A stretch of 64,000 bases of DNA from Vicugna vicugna (Eukaryota). The notes under the pieces were generated by a model that saw only the letters and a program-made list of their open reading frames with translations, had not been told where the DNA came from and ran no database searches. The stretch spans positions 3,973,895 to 4,037,894 of the forward strand of contig MU058844.1 of assembly GCA_013265495.1 (NCBI GenBank). Reading direction: 5' to 3'. Below are positions 52,986 through 64,000 of this stretch, one piece after another (the stretch's first letter is position 1; every line of letters starts with the position of its first letter). A program made the translations under genes and the position numbers.

Positions 52986-53043
52986 CTTCTTGGAATGATG
53001 TAAAGAACAGCAGGAAGGTGACTGACCCCAAATGATCTCTCCC
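52986..53043 (-). CDS. Candidate internal exon (58 nt); reads ERSFGVSHLPAVLYIIPR(S) in the frame compatible with the 51962 exon
   Basis: Acceptor tccctctcaccttttaAG|GGG and perfect donor AAG|GTGAGT. All three frames are open, so coding status is unproven. Confidence 0.35.
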
Positions 53044-53209
53044 CTTAAAAGGTGAGAGGGACTGAAACTCTAGAATTAGGAACTAATTATTGACAGTTAT
53101 ACTCTTGGATATACTCACTCATACAACAGGCTGTCCTTGAGCACCTACCTACTTCATGGCAGGTGCTGTGCTCTATCAAAGAGACAAAATGGGAAAAGAT
53201 AATCCAACA

Positions 53210-53590
53210 TATAATGTTCTTTCCTCTGCCTGGATTGTCCTCCCCACCCCTCCTCCCCACCACACACGCATTCCACTGTTCTCCAGCTGGCTCTTCAAAA
53301 TCCTTCCAGCCTCAGTTCCAATTCATATAGTCCCCTTCCATTCCTGGTCTAAAGACAGACTCCTCTTCTGTTTTCTTTCATGGAAGTTTACTCTTTTTCT
53401 TCAGCACATTGCTCCCAACCTGCAGTTGTATTATTTTCTGTATGTGTTTTAATCTCTGTCTTTCAGAATAGAAAAGCCTTTTCTCCAAGGGCAGAAACTC
53501 AACCTGTTTTGTTTACCATTCTATAGTCATCATCTTGAAAAGTGCTGTCACAGTGTGGATGCTTCAAAATTGATGATGAACAAATTAATG
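53210..53590 (+). mobile_element. L2 LINE 3' fragment
   Basis: gttctttcctctgcctggattgtcctcccc...aagggcagaaactcaacctgttttgtttacca...gatgaacaaattaatga. Confidence 0.7.
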
Positions 53591-53667
53591 AGCATGCTGT
53601 TGAAGAGGAAAACCACAATCGGAACTGAGAATTAAGTACATGCTGAACTAAGGCTTCCCACTTGTTA

Positions 53668-53781
53668 TAGGGTGAACAATAGTCCAGTATTGCTTAAACA
53701 GAGGGGTTTCCCAGAGAAACATGGCGTTTTCATCACTGAGACCAGGACAGTCCTAGGAAACGGAAATGATTTGTCATCGGT
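53668..53781. mobile_element. MER81-like hAT-Blackjack MITE
   Basis: tagggtgaacaatagtcc...gaggggtttcccag...accaggacagtcctaggaaac. Confidence 0.65.
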
Positions 53782-55699
53782 GCACATAAAGCATGGTTTG
53801 CAAGACAATGGAGATTGCAATATATGACTAGAATAGCACTAATCATAACTTACACATGCGTCATATTATTCAGAAAGAGAACTTACAACTACATTGTTTC
53901 CCTGTTCCTTTGCACTCCCTAGAGATGGAAAGGCAGGAGACAACTACCCGTCTGTTACAGATGAGGAACCTGAGACTCAGATTATTTAACAGATTTCTCC
54001 AGAGTTGTCTAATAAATTAAGCCTAATAAATAAAGCCATGTCACTGGAAGCCATGCCTTTGGAAAGATGACTACTCCTATGCCTGACCCAGTGTATCACA
54101 CTGTCTAACCACCTCACATAGGAATTAAACCTGAGACCCTGGCCTAACTAACTTTACATTCCTAGTAACCAAGCAATGGGACAAGTGGATATTAATAGTC
54201 AACAAACCAGATAAAGTTAAATATCATTTATGTAACAAGCACAGTATTTGTGTATCAAGAGTATTTTCTCTGAATTGGTATTTTCTCCAGGTCTTTGAAA
54301 TATTTTTAGCTATATGTTTCTGACTTGTAGTGTAATGCTGTTGCAGTTGCTTTTAATTAATTGTTTCCTTGCCACTATTTCATTATATGTGTAACTTTGA
54401 AGCTGTTCTTCGGGTCTGTTCTTTGAAGCTCACTCTATCATTTTGTGACCTCTGTGTACACACAGAGCTTTGCTAATGGTGGGAATGTCTTCCTTTATTC
54501 ATTGTTCAGCTGTGACAGATCCCCAAGAAACAATCAACTGTAGGTAATTAGAAATATAAGAAAATATAACAATAATGAGAAAAAAAGTAGAAGGCAAAGA
54601 CATAAATCTTAGGACAAGGATCTAAAAGGGTAGTTTTTAACCAGTTAGAGTATAATGAATGTAAGTAAAACAATTTTTAAAATGTAGATATTTTCTAAAA
54701 AAAATTTCCTTTGTGATTGTTAGAAAAATATTATTTAATATCTTCTGGATGAGGTAAGACTAGTCTGGCAAGAGAAACTAAAAGTCAAAAATAAAGATCT
54801 ATGTACTAGAGAGAGATGAAATATTAGAATCAGTCAATGATCTCTTGTCTTCATATTTAACCTCTGGCTCACTTGAAGAAGCTTCTTACAGTGAACAGGA
54901 AACCCATTATAAATTAAACCAAAGCATATAGTGGGTACAGAGAAGGAAATCTTACATAAATAAATTGATTAGAGAAGATCTATGTCATTTTTTCTTCTGA
55001 TTTAGTTGGGAAAAGGAGAGACAGAAAGGCAGTCATTGATTTGGAACTCAGAAATTACATTACTGTTGATCTCAAATTTAAAAAGAAATCTCCTTTGATA
55101 ATTACAACCTGGGAATAAGGAAAATAAAAAATTCTCTTTCAATGGTCAGCAGGATTGTAACTATTGCTGACAAGTGTTAATAAAGGTTTTCCAACCAAGA
55201 ACGAACCTCTGCCCTTGCCCACGTTTTCTGTTTTATGCAGACCTCAAGGAGCGATCCACATTTGGAAAGCAGATGGTGTAGAAAGAGCTGTTAACTCCTA
55301 TTCTAATCCTCCTGTTTGTCTAGGGCACTTTCTCTCCTTTCCTGAATGCTTACTTATTATTATTTCAAAGAAGTAAGTGTTCTTTAGCCTCCAAAATGAT
55401 CATTTTTCATACATGGATGAAAAGAAAACAGCAAGAATTCTCGTCATTAAGGCTATTTTATATCAAGGCTGAGAATAAAAATGAAAGAACCAATGTCCTA
55501 TTTGTAAGTGACTTTAATTTAACAATTTCTTCCCAACATTAAGCTTATAATTAATCAAAATCAAAAAGAAATAGACTATATTGAAAGAAAAACAGTTGGA
55601 AAAGTGTGGAATTGGGATAAAGGTCTAGATGTATTCAGATAAGGCCTGTTTAATAACACAGCATGTGAAAATCAGGGGAAACATTTAATGAGCCTGCAC

Positions 55700-57030
55700 T
55701 CATGGTAGCATTTTTGTTCTTTAGTGAATAATAAGTTAGATTATGCAAGGAAAAAATTCATTAAAATAAAAGAAAAATAGCCTTTGTGTAATTTGGAAAG
55801 ATGACTATTAAGTATGCAAAAACACAACAGTAAAGAATTTAACTCTTCATGTAAAGCAAAAAAAACAATACTAACATTAGCCAAAATCAAACATATGGTA
55901 GAAAGTATTGATGTAAGGTCATTTTTGATTGATAAAAGGCAACACCTAAACTGAAGGCATAACAGATTCATTATGGTGAATAATATAGCATCAAAATACT
56001 CAAGAAAAGCGCTACTTGACACAGAAAAGAGTAACAGATATAAAGACTATATATAGTACTACAGATTTTAGCAATCCATTGTCAGTCCATAAAAAGCAAA
56101 TAAAAGACATAAATCAGAGCATAAAGAATAGCTGTTATTATTAATAAAACAGAATTAATAGTTACATTTTCAAACACTATGTTGTTTTAGCAAGAAAAAA
56201 ATTCACTTGCAGTTCAAGTGTCAGTGGAACAACTGTAAACACCGATGCAATACCTGGTAGCAAAATGTTACATGTTTTATAAAATAGAAATTTTACATAA
56301 ATATGGCTATATGTTTTAATCAAATTGTTAAGAGACTTAAATGCTCAAAATCTTCTGTCAATAGATTGCTTTGAAAATAATAAAGATGAAAATGCTGCAT
56401 ATCAAATCTAAACAATATAATGAACTGTCGTTATAGTTAATTTCATGGCCTCAAATACTTTATCAATGAAGAAAGTAAATGAATAAACAGTACTTACAAA
56501 TAATTTATACCCTTAAATATTTATTATTTCAAAATAGAGGAAATAAATAAAAATGATATCCAATTTAAAAATTTTAAGAAAATAAAAAGACCCAAGGAAA
56601 GCAAGCAGAGTAAGTAATGTTAAACAAAAATTTTTAAAGAAAACAAAGGTATTTTTTACAAAGCTGGTCTTTTGAGATAAAAGTAATAATACTGACAAAC
56701 TTCTCAGAAGTCTAGTGAATAAAAACAAATTTAAAAATAAGAATGGAAATACGAAAACCGCTGAAAAGAAAATTTTAAATGTATCAGAGAATACTGTTTA
56801 CATATGCTTAAAAATAAATGTAAAATCTTAATGAAATGAATGCTTTTCTTGGGAAAAATAAATTATCAAAATTGACTAAGGAAGTCATATAAAGCCTGCT
56901 TAACTCACTCATACAGGAAAAAAAAAAACTAGAGAAGATTTAGCCACCAGCAGAACTTTGGAATCAGTGCTAATATCCACGAACTCTCTCACACTTTGAA
57001 GAAAGAGATAATTTCCATCTTACCTAATTC
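55700..57030 (+). mobile_element. Very old L1 (L1ME-like) ORF2 remnant
   Basis: A-rich strand with L1 motifs aaagctggtcttttgagataaaagtaataatactgacaaacttct and atgaaatgaatgcttttcttgggaaaaataaattatcaaaattgactaag. Confidence 0.7.
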
Positions 57031-58899
57031 TTCTCAGAATATTACATAGAGGAGACAGTCACCCGCTGAATGTGGAGCAGTTAGGACACAGGCCAAAGAC
57101 ATCTGGCAGTCCAGTGGGGTTTTCTTCCCCATTGTATAGCAACAGTATTTTTCACAGTACAAAAGTATCTTTCTTTTTTAATCCCATTTTACTGCAGAGA
57201 ATACAAAAGGTCAGTGAAACAAAGTAATTTTCCCCAGGTCACCAAGTGGAGGAATCTTGCCTATTTTAAAGTCCATATTCTTCCCACTTCCTTGCATGAT
57301 GCATGAGCCCTGAATCATTAACCTCCGGCCAGCAGCCTAGACCCTGACAGTAATTCTACAGTTACACTTGCAACAGTCCATCCACCCTGTTTTCTACAAC
57401 CACACTTAGCTCTCAAGCCTTAATTCTATTTGATAATACAAACTTGAATTCCTTCAAAACAAGGCAACTCAGTCACTTCTGGTTTAGACTGGATTTCTTT
57501 GGGGAAACTACTCAATCACTTCAGGATTCTTCTCAGGACTTTTCCTCCTTCCCTTTTCTTTTTAACATGATGAAGCTCTGGAGGTTCTGGGGTGAGGGCG
57601 GGAGGCTTACACAGACTGGGCAGAGGCAGAGGGACACCTGGTCTGTGATAGCTTCTCTGCTGGTGGACATGGTTCCAGCTCCTCAAGTCTTCCACTGACT
57701 CAGTCAAGGCTGAAGAATTACCATCATCATCGCCCAGCTTTACCAACTTCTGCTCATCCTCTGCTACAGAATCCTCTCACGCTACATCTCTGGACCTCCA
57801 TCAGACATGCCAGCTCTCATCTTTAGGTTCCCTTCTGGCTCCACTCAGTGGATTTCTTCTTTACCATACAGATAAGGAGACTTGAGGGTCAGTCTTTTCA
57901 GCCTTCTTTTTCATGTGGCCTGCCCTGCCACTGTTCCTTGTCACCTGCTGATGTTCCACATTGCGATGAGCAACTAAAGAGTCCCTCCACCCCCACTACA
58001 GCTCTACACAAGATGCAGGACTTCTACCTTCTGGAGTTTTACTAGCGTTTGACTCTCAGAACAGGCTGACTAATGAGTAAATTCTCAGAAACCCAGTACA
58101 CTGAGTACCAATACCTGCATGTTAAAAACTCCTTTCTCTAACCCTCTAAACAGGCCACAACTTCTACACTAGCCCAGAAAACATGATGGTGCCCAAGGTA
58201 CAATTAGAACCTACCCCCAAAACCCCAGAGAATTCTCAGATGTGGGACTGTCCACTTCAATAGACAATGTTTAGAATAGACTAGAGGATGTTCGCGGGGT
58301 TCCAAGTCTCTAACCTTCATTCTCCAAACAAATCCACAATCTCAAATTTAGAAAAAATAGACCCATTTTTTTCTTTTATTCCCAGAGTATGTAATCATCA
58401 CTTCAGAAAACATAAGCAAAAGACTAGGTAAGGAAAGAAATAATTTAACCGAATTGGCAACTTTCAAACATTCCTTTTGATCAACATAATAAAAAGTTTG
58501 CTTTTCGCCTTCATAGTGTAAGTGCATGATGCTCAAGCATGAAGGCAGCCAACGATGTGCAGAAGATATAGACCCAGGAACTTTGCAATTTTAATAGTAA
58601 GAGAAATTTTTAGTGACAAGGAGTAAGGAATCATCCCTTGGCGAATTCATTTAGTTCAGGCATTGGAACAGTTTATTTGGCATCTGAGCTAATCTACCTC
58701 TACAGTGAACAGAATACAATCCAGGCCAAACAAACAAACAAACAAAAAGATCTGCACAGTTACTCTATTCACTTAAAATTTTAATGGCAAATAGGCTAGT
58801 CAGAAAAGTGTATGCAACTGATTTAGTCACAGTACATAGGAAGGCTCTTTACACAGAACCTATGAACGACAAGAAGCTCCTAGAAACTTGGAAGTCATC

Positions 58900-59625
58900 T
58901 TAAAGTTCCTCCTTTCTCTCAGCCTCCTTAACCTATCATTTACCAAATATTGTCAGTTCTACTACTTTAATCCAGAGTCTCTATCCTCATTCTTCAATTT
59001 CGGCAGTCAATCACTTACTTTCAGATTTATCATTTTGTGACGTTCACCACAGTAGCTTCATACTTCCTTTTCCAACCTTCACCTCTAATTCAGTCTCCAC
59101 ACCTGCCAGATCTTTCTGATCTGATCTGTTAAAGTTCCTTTTGCAGCATCCTATTGCATTCAGAAGGAAAAGTCCAAGCAGCTAGGGCTAGCATCCCAAA
59201 TGCTCCACAGCCTCTCACCTGCTACTTCCCCTGCCTCACCTCTCCCTCTGTCTCCTCATGTTATCCTGCTGGCTATACCTGGGGCTCCTGGAAACTGTTG
59301 AGCCTTCTTTCACCTCCAGACTTTGAGCTTGCTTGCTGTCCCTCTTTCTAGAACACTGTTTCCCCTACCTCCACCTAGTTAATTTCTACTCATCCTTCAA
59401 TTTGCAGCTTCAGCAGCATTCCTTCTTCCAGCTCCCCTCCCACCCCCTGTCTGAATCAGAGTGCTGCTGAATCAGTTAAGCACCATGTTAACATTGTTTA
59501 CTTTATTTCTCTTTCAGCAGTAAATTCACAGGACAGTGAATGTGTCTTTGTCATCTTCATAAACCCAGAGCCTTGCACAATGCCAGGCCTAGTAGCCATT
59601 CAAACAGTACTTGTTGACTGAGTCA
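58900..59625 (+). mobile_element. L2 LINE 3' portion
   Basis: ctagaacactgtttcccc...ctactcatccttcaa...ccttgcacaatgccaggcctagtag...acttgttgactgagt. Confidence 0.8.
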
Positions 59626-62049
59626 TTCAATACAGTTAGTTACTTGGTGGCTGTGTGATCTTGAGCAACGTACCTAAATGTTTCAGTTTCTTCATCTATA
59701 AATTTGGTATAGTATACACTTATCTCCTAGGACATGTAAAAAAAATTGAGATCATAAAACAAAGTTCTTTGCTCAAGAAATGTTGTCTGAAAGATTTATG
59801 TTTCTATTCTCATTCTCTTTTATTGGAGGAGTGACCTACTTTTACTGCAATACCTACAGCAAATTTAGTGATCTTCCCAAACTTCATCCTTCCTATCTAT
59901 TAAGAATTTAATGTTAGTGCTTCCCAATGATTAAATGACATATGTACATAAATGATGTAACAGAGCTTTGTGCACAGTTGACACCTAATAAAAGTTTCTT
60001 TGATTACTATTACTATTAATATTTGGTCTAATAATACTTATTATTAATGTCATAGGTTATAAACAAAGCTATGACTATGATTCTAGGAATCAGTTTTACA
60101 AAGAAGGTTCAGGACTTTCTTTAGACTTAAAAAACAACATAAGTAATAAAAACAAAGCAATTATTTTTATACCATCTAGGATTTATTTGAAATTAATAAC
60201 AATAAATTATTCTCAAGATTTGTATCAGATTTCTTCCTAGAATTAAAAGGTCTGTGATGATGGGGCATAATAAAAGTTAGCAATGTACATATCTAGGGCA
60301 ATATATTTTGACATTCTGCAACTACTTTGGAATATTAAGCATCAAGGGAAGCAGAAATAGCACAGAGAAAAAGAAAAAGAAATTAAGAATGACTTCAGAG
60401 AAAACAAAGGAAACATGATTTTCATTTGACCTACATCTATAAAAAGAAGTTCTGTAACATAGAAATAATGAGGAAATGTTGGACACATTGAATGTCTAAT
60501 GCTGAAATACAACTTTTGCTATAGATAAGGAAAATTACTAGCTTTTGTAAAAACCCTTAATCTGTTGACTATATTAAAGACCAATAACGTCTCTTGCAAA
60601 AGCAAACATTAAAGACTTGGTTATTCAAAAAGAAAGTTTGTCTAAAATTGCTACTTATGATCAGTTTTAACAAAGGACAAGTCTTTTAACTGCCATAGCC
60701 AGTCTGAGGATTCATTATTTCCTATTTATTTACCATTACAGATAAAGTTGGCATTGCATCAAATGTAGACAGCTTGGTGCCTGCCTTAAGGGTAGAGAAA
60801 ATTTCAAAATGGGAAGAAGACACAGCCTTAATAAGTACATTATATTTATCTTTTGACTTCGGTTATATTTGGCAGCTTCTCAGTACAAAAGACATGTCCT
60901 CTGTAGTATCAACTAAAACACCCCCAGAAAGGTTAGTAATGTTATTTTCAAAAGAAATTAAACAAGCTGTGCTGATAAAGCTGCTTTCATTGTTCTCCAT
61001 TTACCTAAGTAGCTTAAAACCTTTTTTGGAAGAAGCCAGAGAATGAAATATAAACATTTTCCTTAAGCAAAGTACATTCTTTTCAGAGCAGCACTGGTTA
61101 TATTGGGATCCAAATTATCTAGATATAATTTTGAGGTGCTGAGATCATGGTGAGAGGGCCAGTGAAGATGTATGTTAAATATTTCTTTTTGTGACAAGAT
61201 TGGAGAGCCAAAAATGGTAAACCATTGGCAAAAGCCTTGGTTTGAAACCAAAACACACCTGTCATAGTGAATGAGCCTCTAGTTAGTTCTACGATCAGAA
61301 CTGCAGAAGAACTGGCCATTCCATAAACACAATCAGAAGGGGTGTGTGTGTGTGTGTTGGGGGCAGAGAGAACAGGGAGGAAAGGACCTGGAAAATAAAC
61401 AGAACATGGAATCCAGTATAAAAACAAATCCTGGACAAGACAAATGTAAGAGCACTGAAGAAAATATGAACAAAGTGGTTGGCTCCCATCCCCAAATAGG
61501 TCTTCATGTAATTGCTCAAATCTAGGAACATATCTTATTTTTTTACATTAGCATCTTACAATGAGTTTCTTAGTTAGTTTGTACAAAAACTTTATCATTG
61601 GGCAACCTTTTGCAAGCTTCTTGATTATTTTATATATCTAAATACAGTCCTTTATTTTTGAAAATATACTACTACGTATAAAATTTTGATTCTACAATAG
61701 GTAAGTGTGAGGTTCAGAAAGCAAATTGTTTTAGTAAATAAGTATTTCTGCCTCCTGACAGAGGCAGGAGTTTTGGTTTGAAAAATTGCTTTTACCTCTC
61801 GTTAGCATTTCACTTTTCATCTGCTAGTGTTATATCCTTGCAAATCCTTGAATTTGATTTTCCTATTTCCTTCATAGACCCAACCCAGTGTCTTGTAAGT
61901 AGACAATAACAAATTTGATTTCATTGGAAACAACATTAGGATGGAAATTAAAAATAAATAATGGTTTCATTTTAAAGGTAACATGGATCATCTGAACAGA
62001 AAATAAGAAATGGTCCTAGAAATAGACAATTAATAATCTATCCACTCAT

Positions 62050-64000
62050 ATACTCATTCAAAAATATCAGAATGATTTCCTTGTGCTAGGTACTGTTCTA
62101 GGCTTTTGGGACATGTTGGTGTACAAAACAGACAAAAATACTTGCCCTTGATACATAATATATATGTCAGAGAGTAATAAATGTTATGGAGAAAAATAAT
62201 GCGTAAAGGGAGTGTCAGGGGCAGAAATGTAGGGAGAACTGGCTGGATTTTTAACAGGGGGTCAAGGAAGGCCTCACTCAGACATGATGGAGATGGGGAG
62301 TGAGCCAGGAGATTATCTGGGAGAAGACTGTTCCAAGCAGGGGCAAGAAGTCCAAAAGGCCTTGAGGTTGAAATATGTTGTATGCTCAAAAACCAGCAAG
62401 GCAGACCCTGTGGGCTGGACATTGTAAGTGACCAGAGTGTTGAAAGAGATGAACTCAGAGAGATAGGAAGCTTGGGGAGAGGTGCAAATTGTATAAGGCC
62501 TTACAGGCCATGCAAGGACTATTTTTATTTGGAGGAGGGGAGTGGACAGTAAGACGTAAGCTTAGAAAATCTTAACAAGAGAAGTGCCATGATCTGACTT
62601 AGAGTCTATTTTTTTACTTTAGGATCATTCTGTTTGCTCTATTGAAACTACATTATAAAAGTGTAAGGGAAGCCAGTCAGGAGGAATGTCAACAATCCAG
62701 AAAAGAAATGATGGTGGTTGGGACTAGACTGATCACAGTAAATGTAAAGAGAAGTGATAGGATTATGATTATATCTTGAAGTTAAGGTCAACAAGATTTG
62801 ATAATGTAAAATAAAAAATAAGACAGAATTTATGGATGGCTACAGCTATTAAGAATACCATCTAAAACTTGGAAATAAGACAAAGGGATGACTGCGTGTT
62901 CTTTTATATTAGATTGTTGCCTTTACTTGCAAACTTTCATGCAAATAGAGATGCAAATATTTTCTGCCCAGTAGAGAGGATAACCTCAACAATTTTATTG
63001 TCCTGAGACTAACCACTTTGCTTGACTGACTATACAACATCTGTTTCTCCTTCGAATCAGCTTTATCTCTTTCAAGACTTTGATTCTTTTTGAATCAGCT
63101 TTACCACCCCGTTGATCCCCTTATATATGCGCTGATAAATTTTTGGCACTTTCTCACTATATTTGTATGAGAATTGTGTTTTTCGCTTAAAAAATATTGT
63201 ATTTTGACAAAGGTTCTGGGTGTGAGCAGTTGGAAGAATAAAGCTACCATTAACTGAAGTAGGGGAGACTGTTGGAGGTACAAAGTTTAGGGGAAAGACT
63301 GATATTAACTTCAGATAGGTGACATTTAAGGTGCCTATTAGGTATTCAAGTGGAGAGGTTGAGTAGGAAGTTGGATGGAAGAGTTCGAATAAGGGAAGAG
63401 AGATGTATTCAAGATACGAAATTGGGAGCCGTCAGTGTTACACATGGCCTTAAAAGTCATGAGACTAGATGAGCTCATTAAAGGAGTCTAGCTAGAAAAA
63501 AAAAATTCTAAAGATTGAGTCCTGAGAACTGCCAACATTAAAAATTCAGAGAAATAGGATGAATGAGAAAAAAAAGTCTAGAAAATCCAGGGGTTTATGC
63601 CATCCTGGAAGCTAACTGAAGAAGTTTCAAATAGGATATAGGAATCTACTCAGTCAAGGCAGCTGAGTACTCATGCTAGATAAAGACTGAGAATTGGCCA
63701 CTGAATTTAGAAACATACATGTCCTTGGTGGTCCTTATTCAAAGTACTTTTGATGGAGTTGTGGGGCTAAGAGCCTAATTGGAAAGAGTTCAAAAGAGAA
63801 TGAAGGTAAAGCAACTGAAGAGAGTGAATATTGATTCTTTGGAGAACTTTTGATACATAGGAAAGGAAACTGAGCTTGAGGGCCATACGAGGAGTTTGAG
63901 GGATGTTCTTTAAGATGAGAAAATTTCCTTTTCATTTGTATGCTTATATGAGTGATCAAGTTGATAGGAAAAAAAATGGATAGTTCCAGAAAAAGAGGGA
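62050..64000 (-). mobile_element. L2a-like LINE of about 1.5 kb, interrupted at about 62807-63204 and running off the window end
   Basis: tcattcaaaa...gtgctaggtactgttctagg...gtcaaggaaggcctcact...aggtgcctattaggtattcaagtggagaggttgagtagg...aagactgagaattggccactgaatttag. Confidence 0.88.

Noticed and set aside
61119..61427. 102-aa minus-strand ORF
   Set aside because: Runs through a (GT)n microsatellite, with no convincing splice sites or domain.
62054..62422. 122-aa minus-strand ORF
   Set aside because: Lies within the L2a-like 3' region.

Overview
AT-rich, CpG-depleted placental-mammal genomic DNA, most likely a camelid: it carries a tRNA-Ala(AGC)-derived Vic-1-type SINE and cetartiodactyl-type L1 3' ends. 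There is no prokaryotic-style gene, no CRISPR array, no true rRNA or tRNA gene and no CpG island. Nearly all ORFs in the supplied track are chance ORFs or decayed retroelement sequence. Much of the window is interspersed repeat: MIR, L2, CR1/L3, old and young L1, MaLR and ERV1 solo LTRs, and hAT MITEs. Family names are by-eye recognition and most boundaries are approximate. The best genic signal is a chain of phase-compatible minus-strand exon candidates (53043-52986, 51962-51808, terminal exon from 42086, AATAAA at 40691-40686) that may be the 3' end of a gene I cannot name. The most unusual structure is a pair of inverted MIR cores (46589-46648 and 47564-47624) that are 57/61 identical, far closer than ancient MIRs should be, enclosing a 915-bp spacer. 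Other points of interest are a near-perfect 180-bp tandem duplication, a possible L1 3'-transduction inside a MaLR LTR, a MaLR bounded by an atypical 20-bp direct repeat, and an intronic solo LTR in the same orientation as the candidate gene. I found no evidence of a new multi-gene system.
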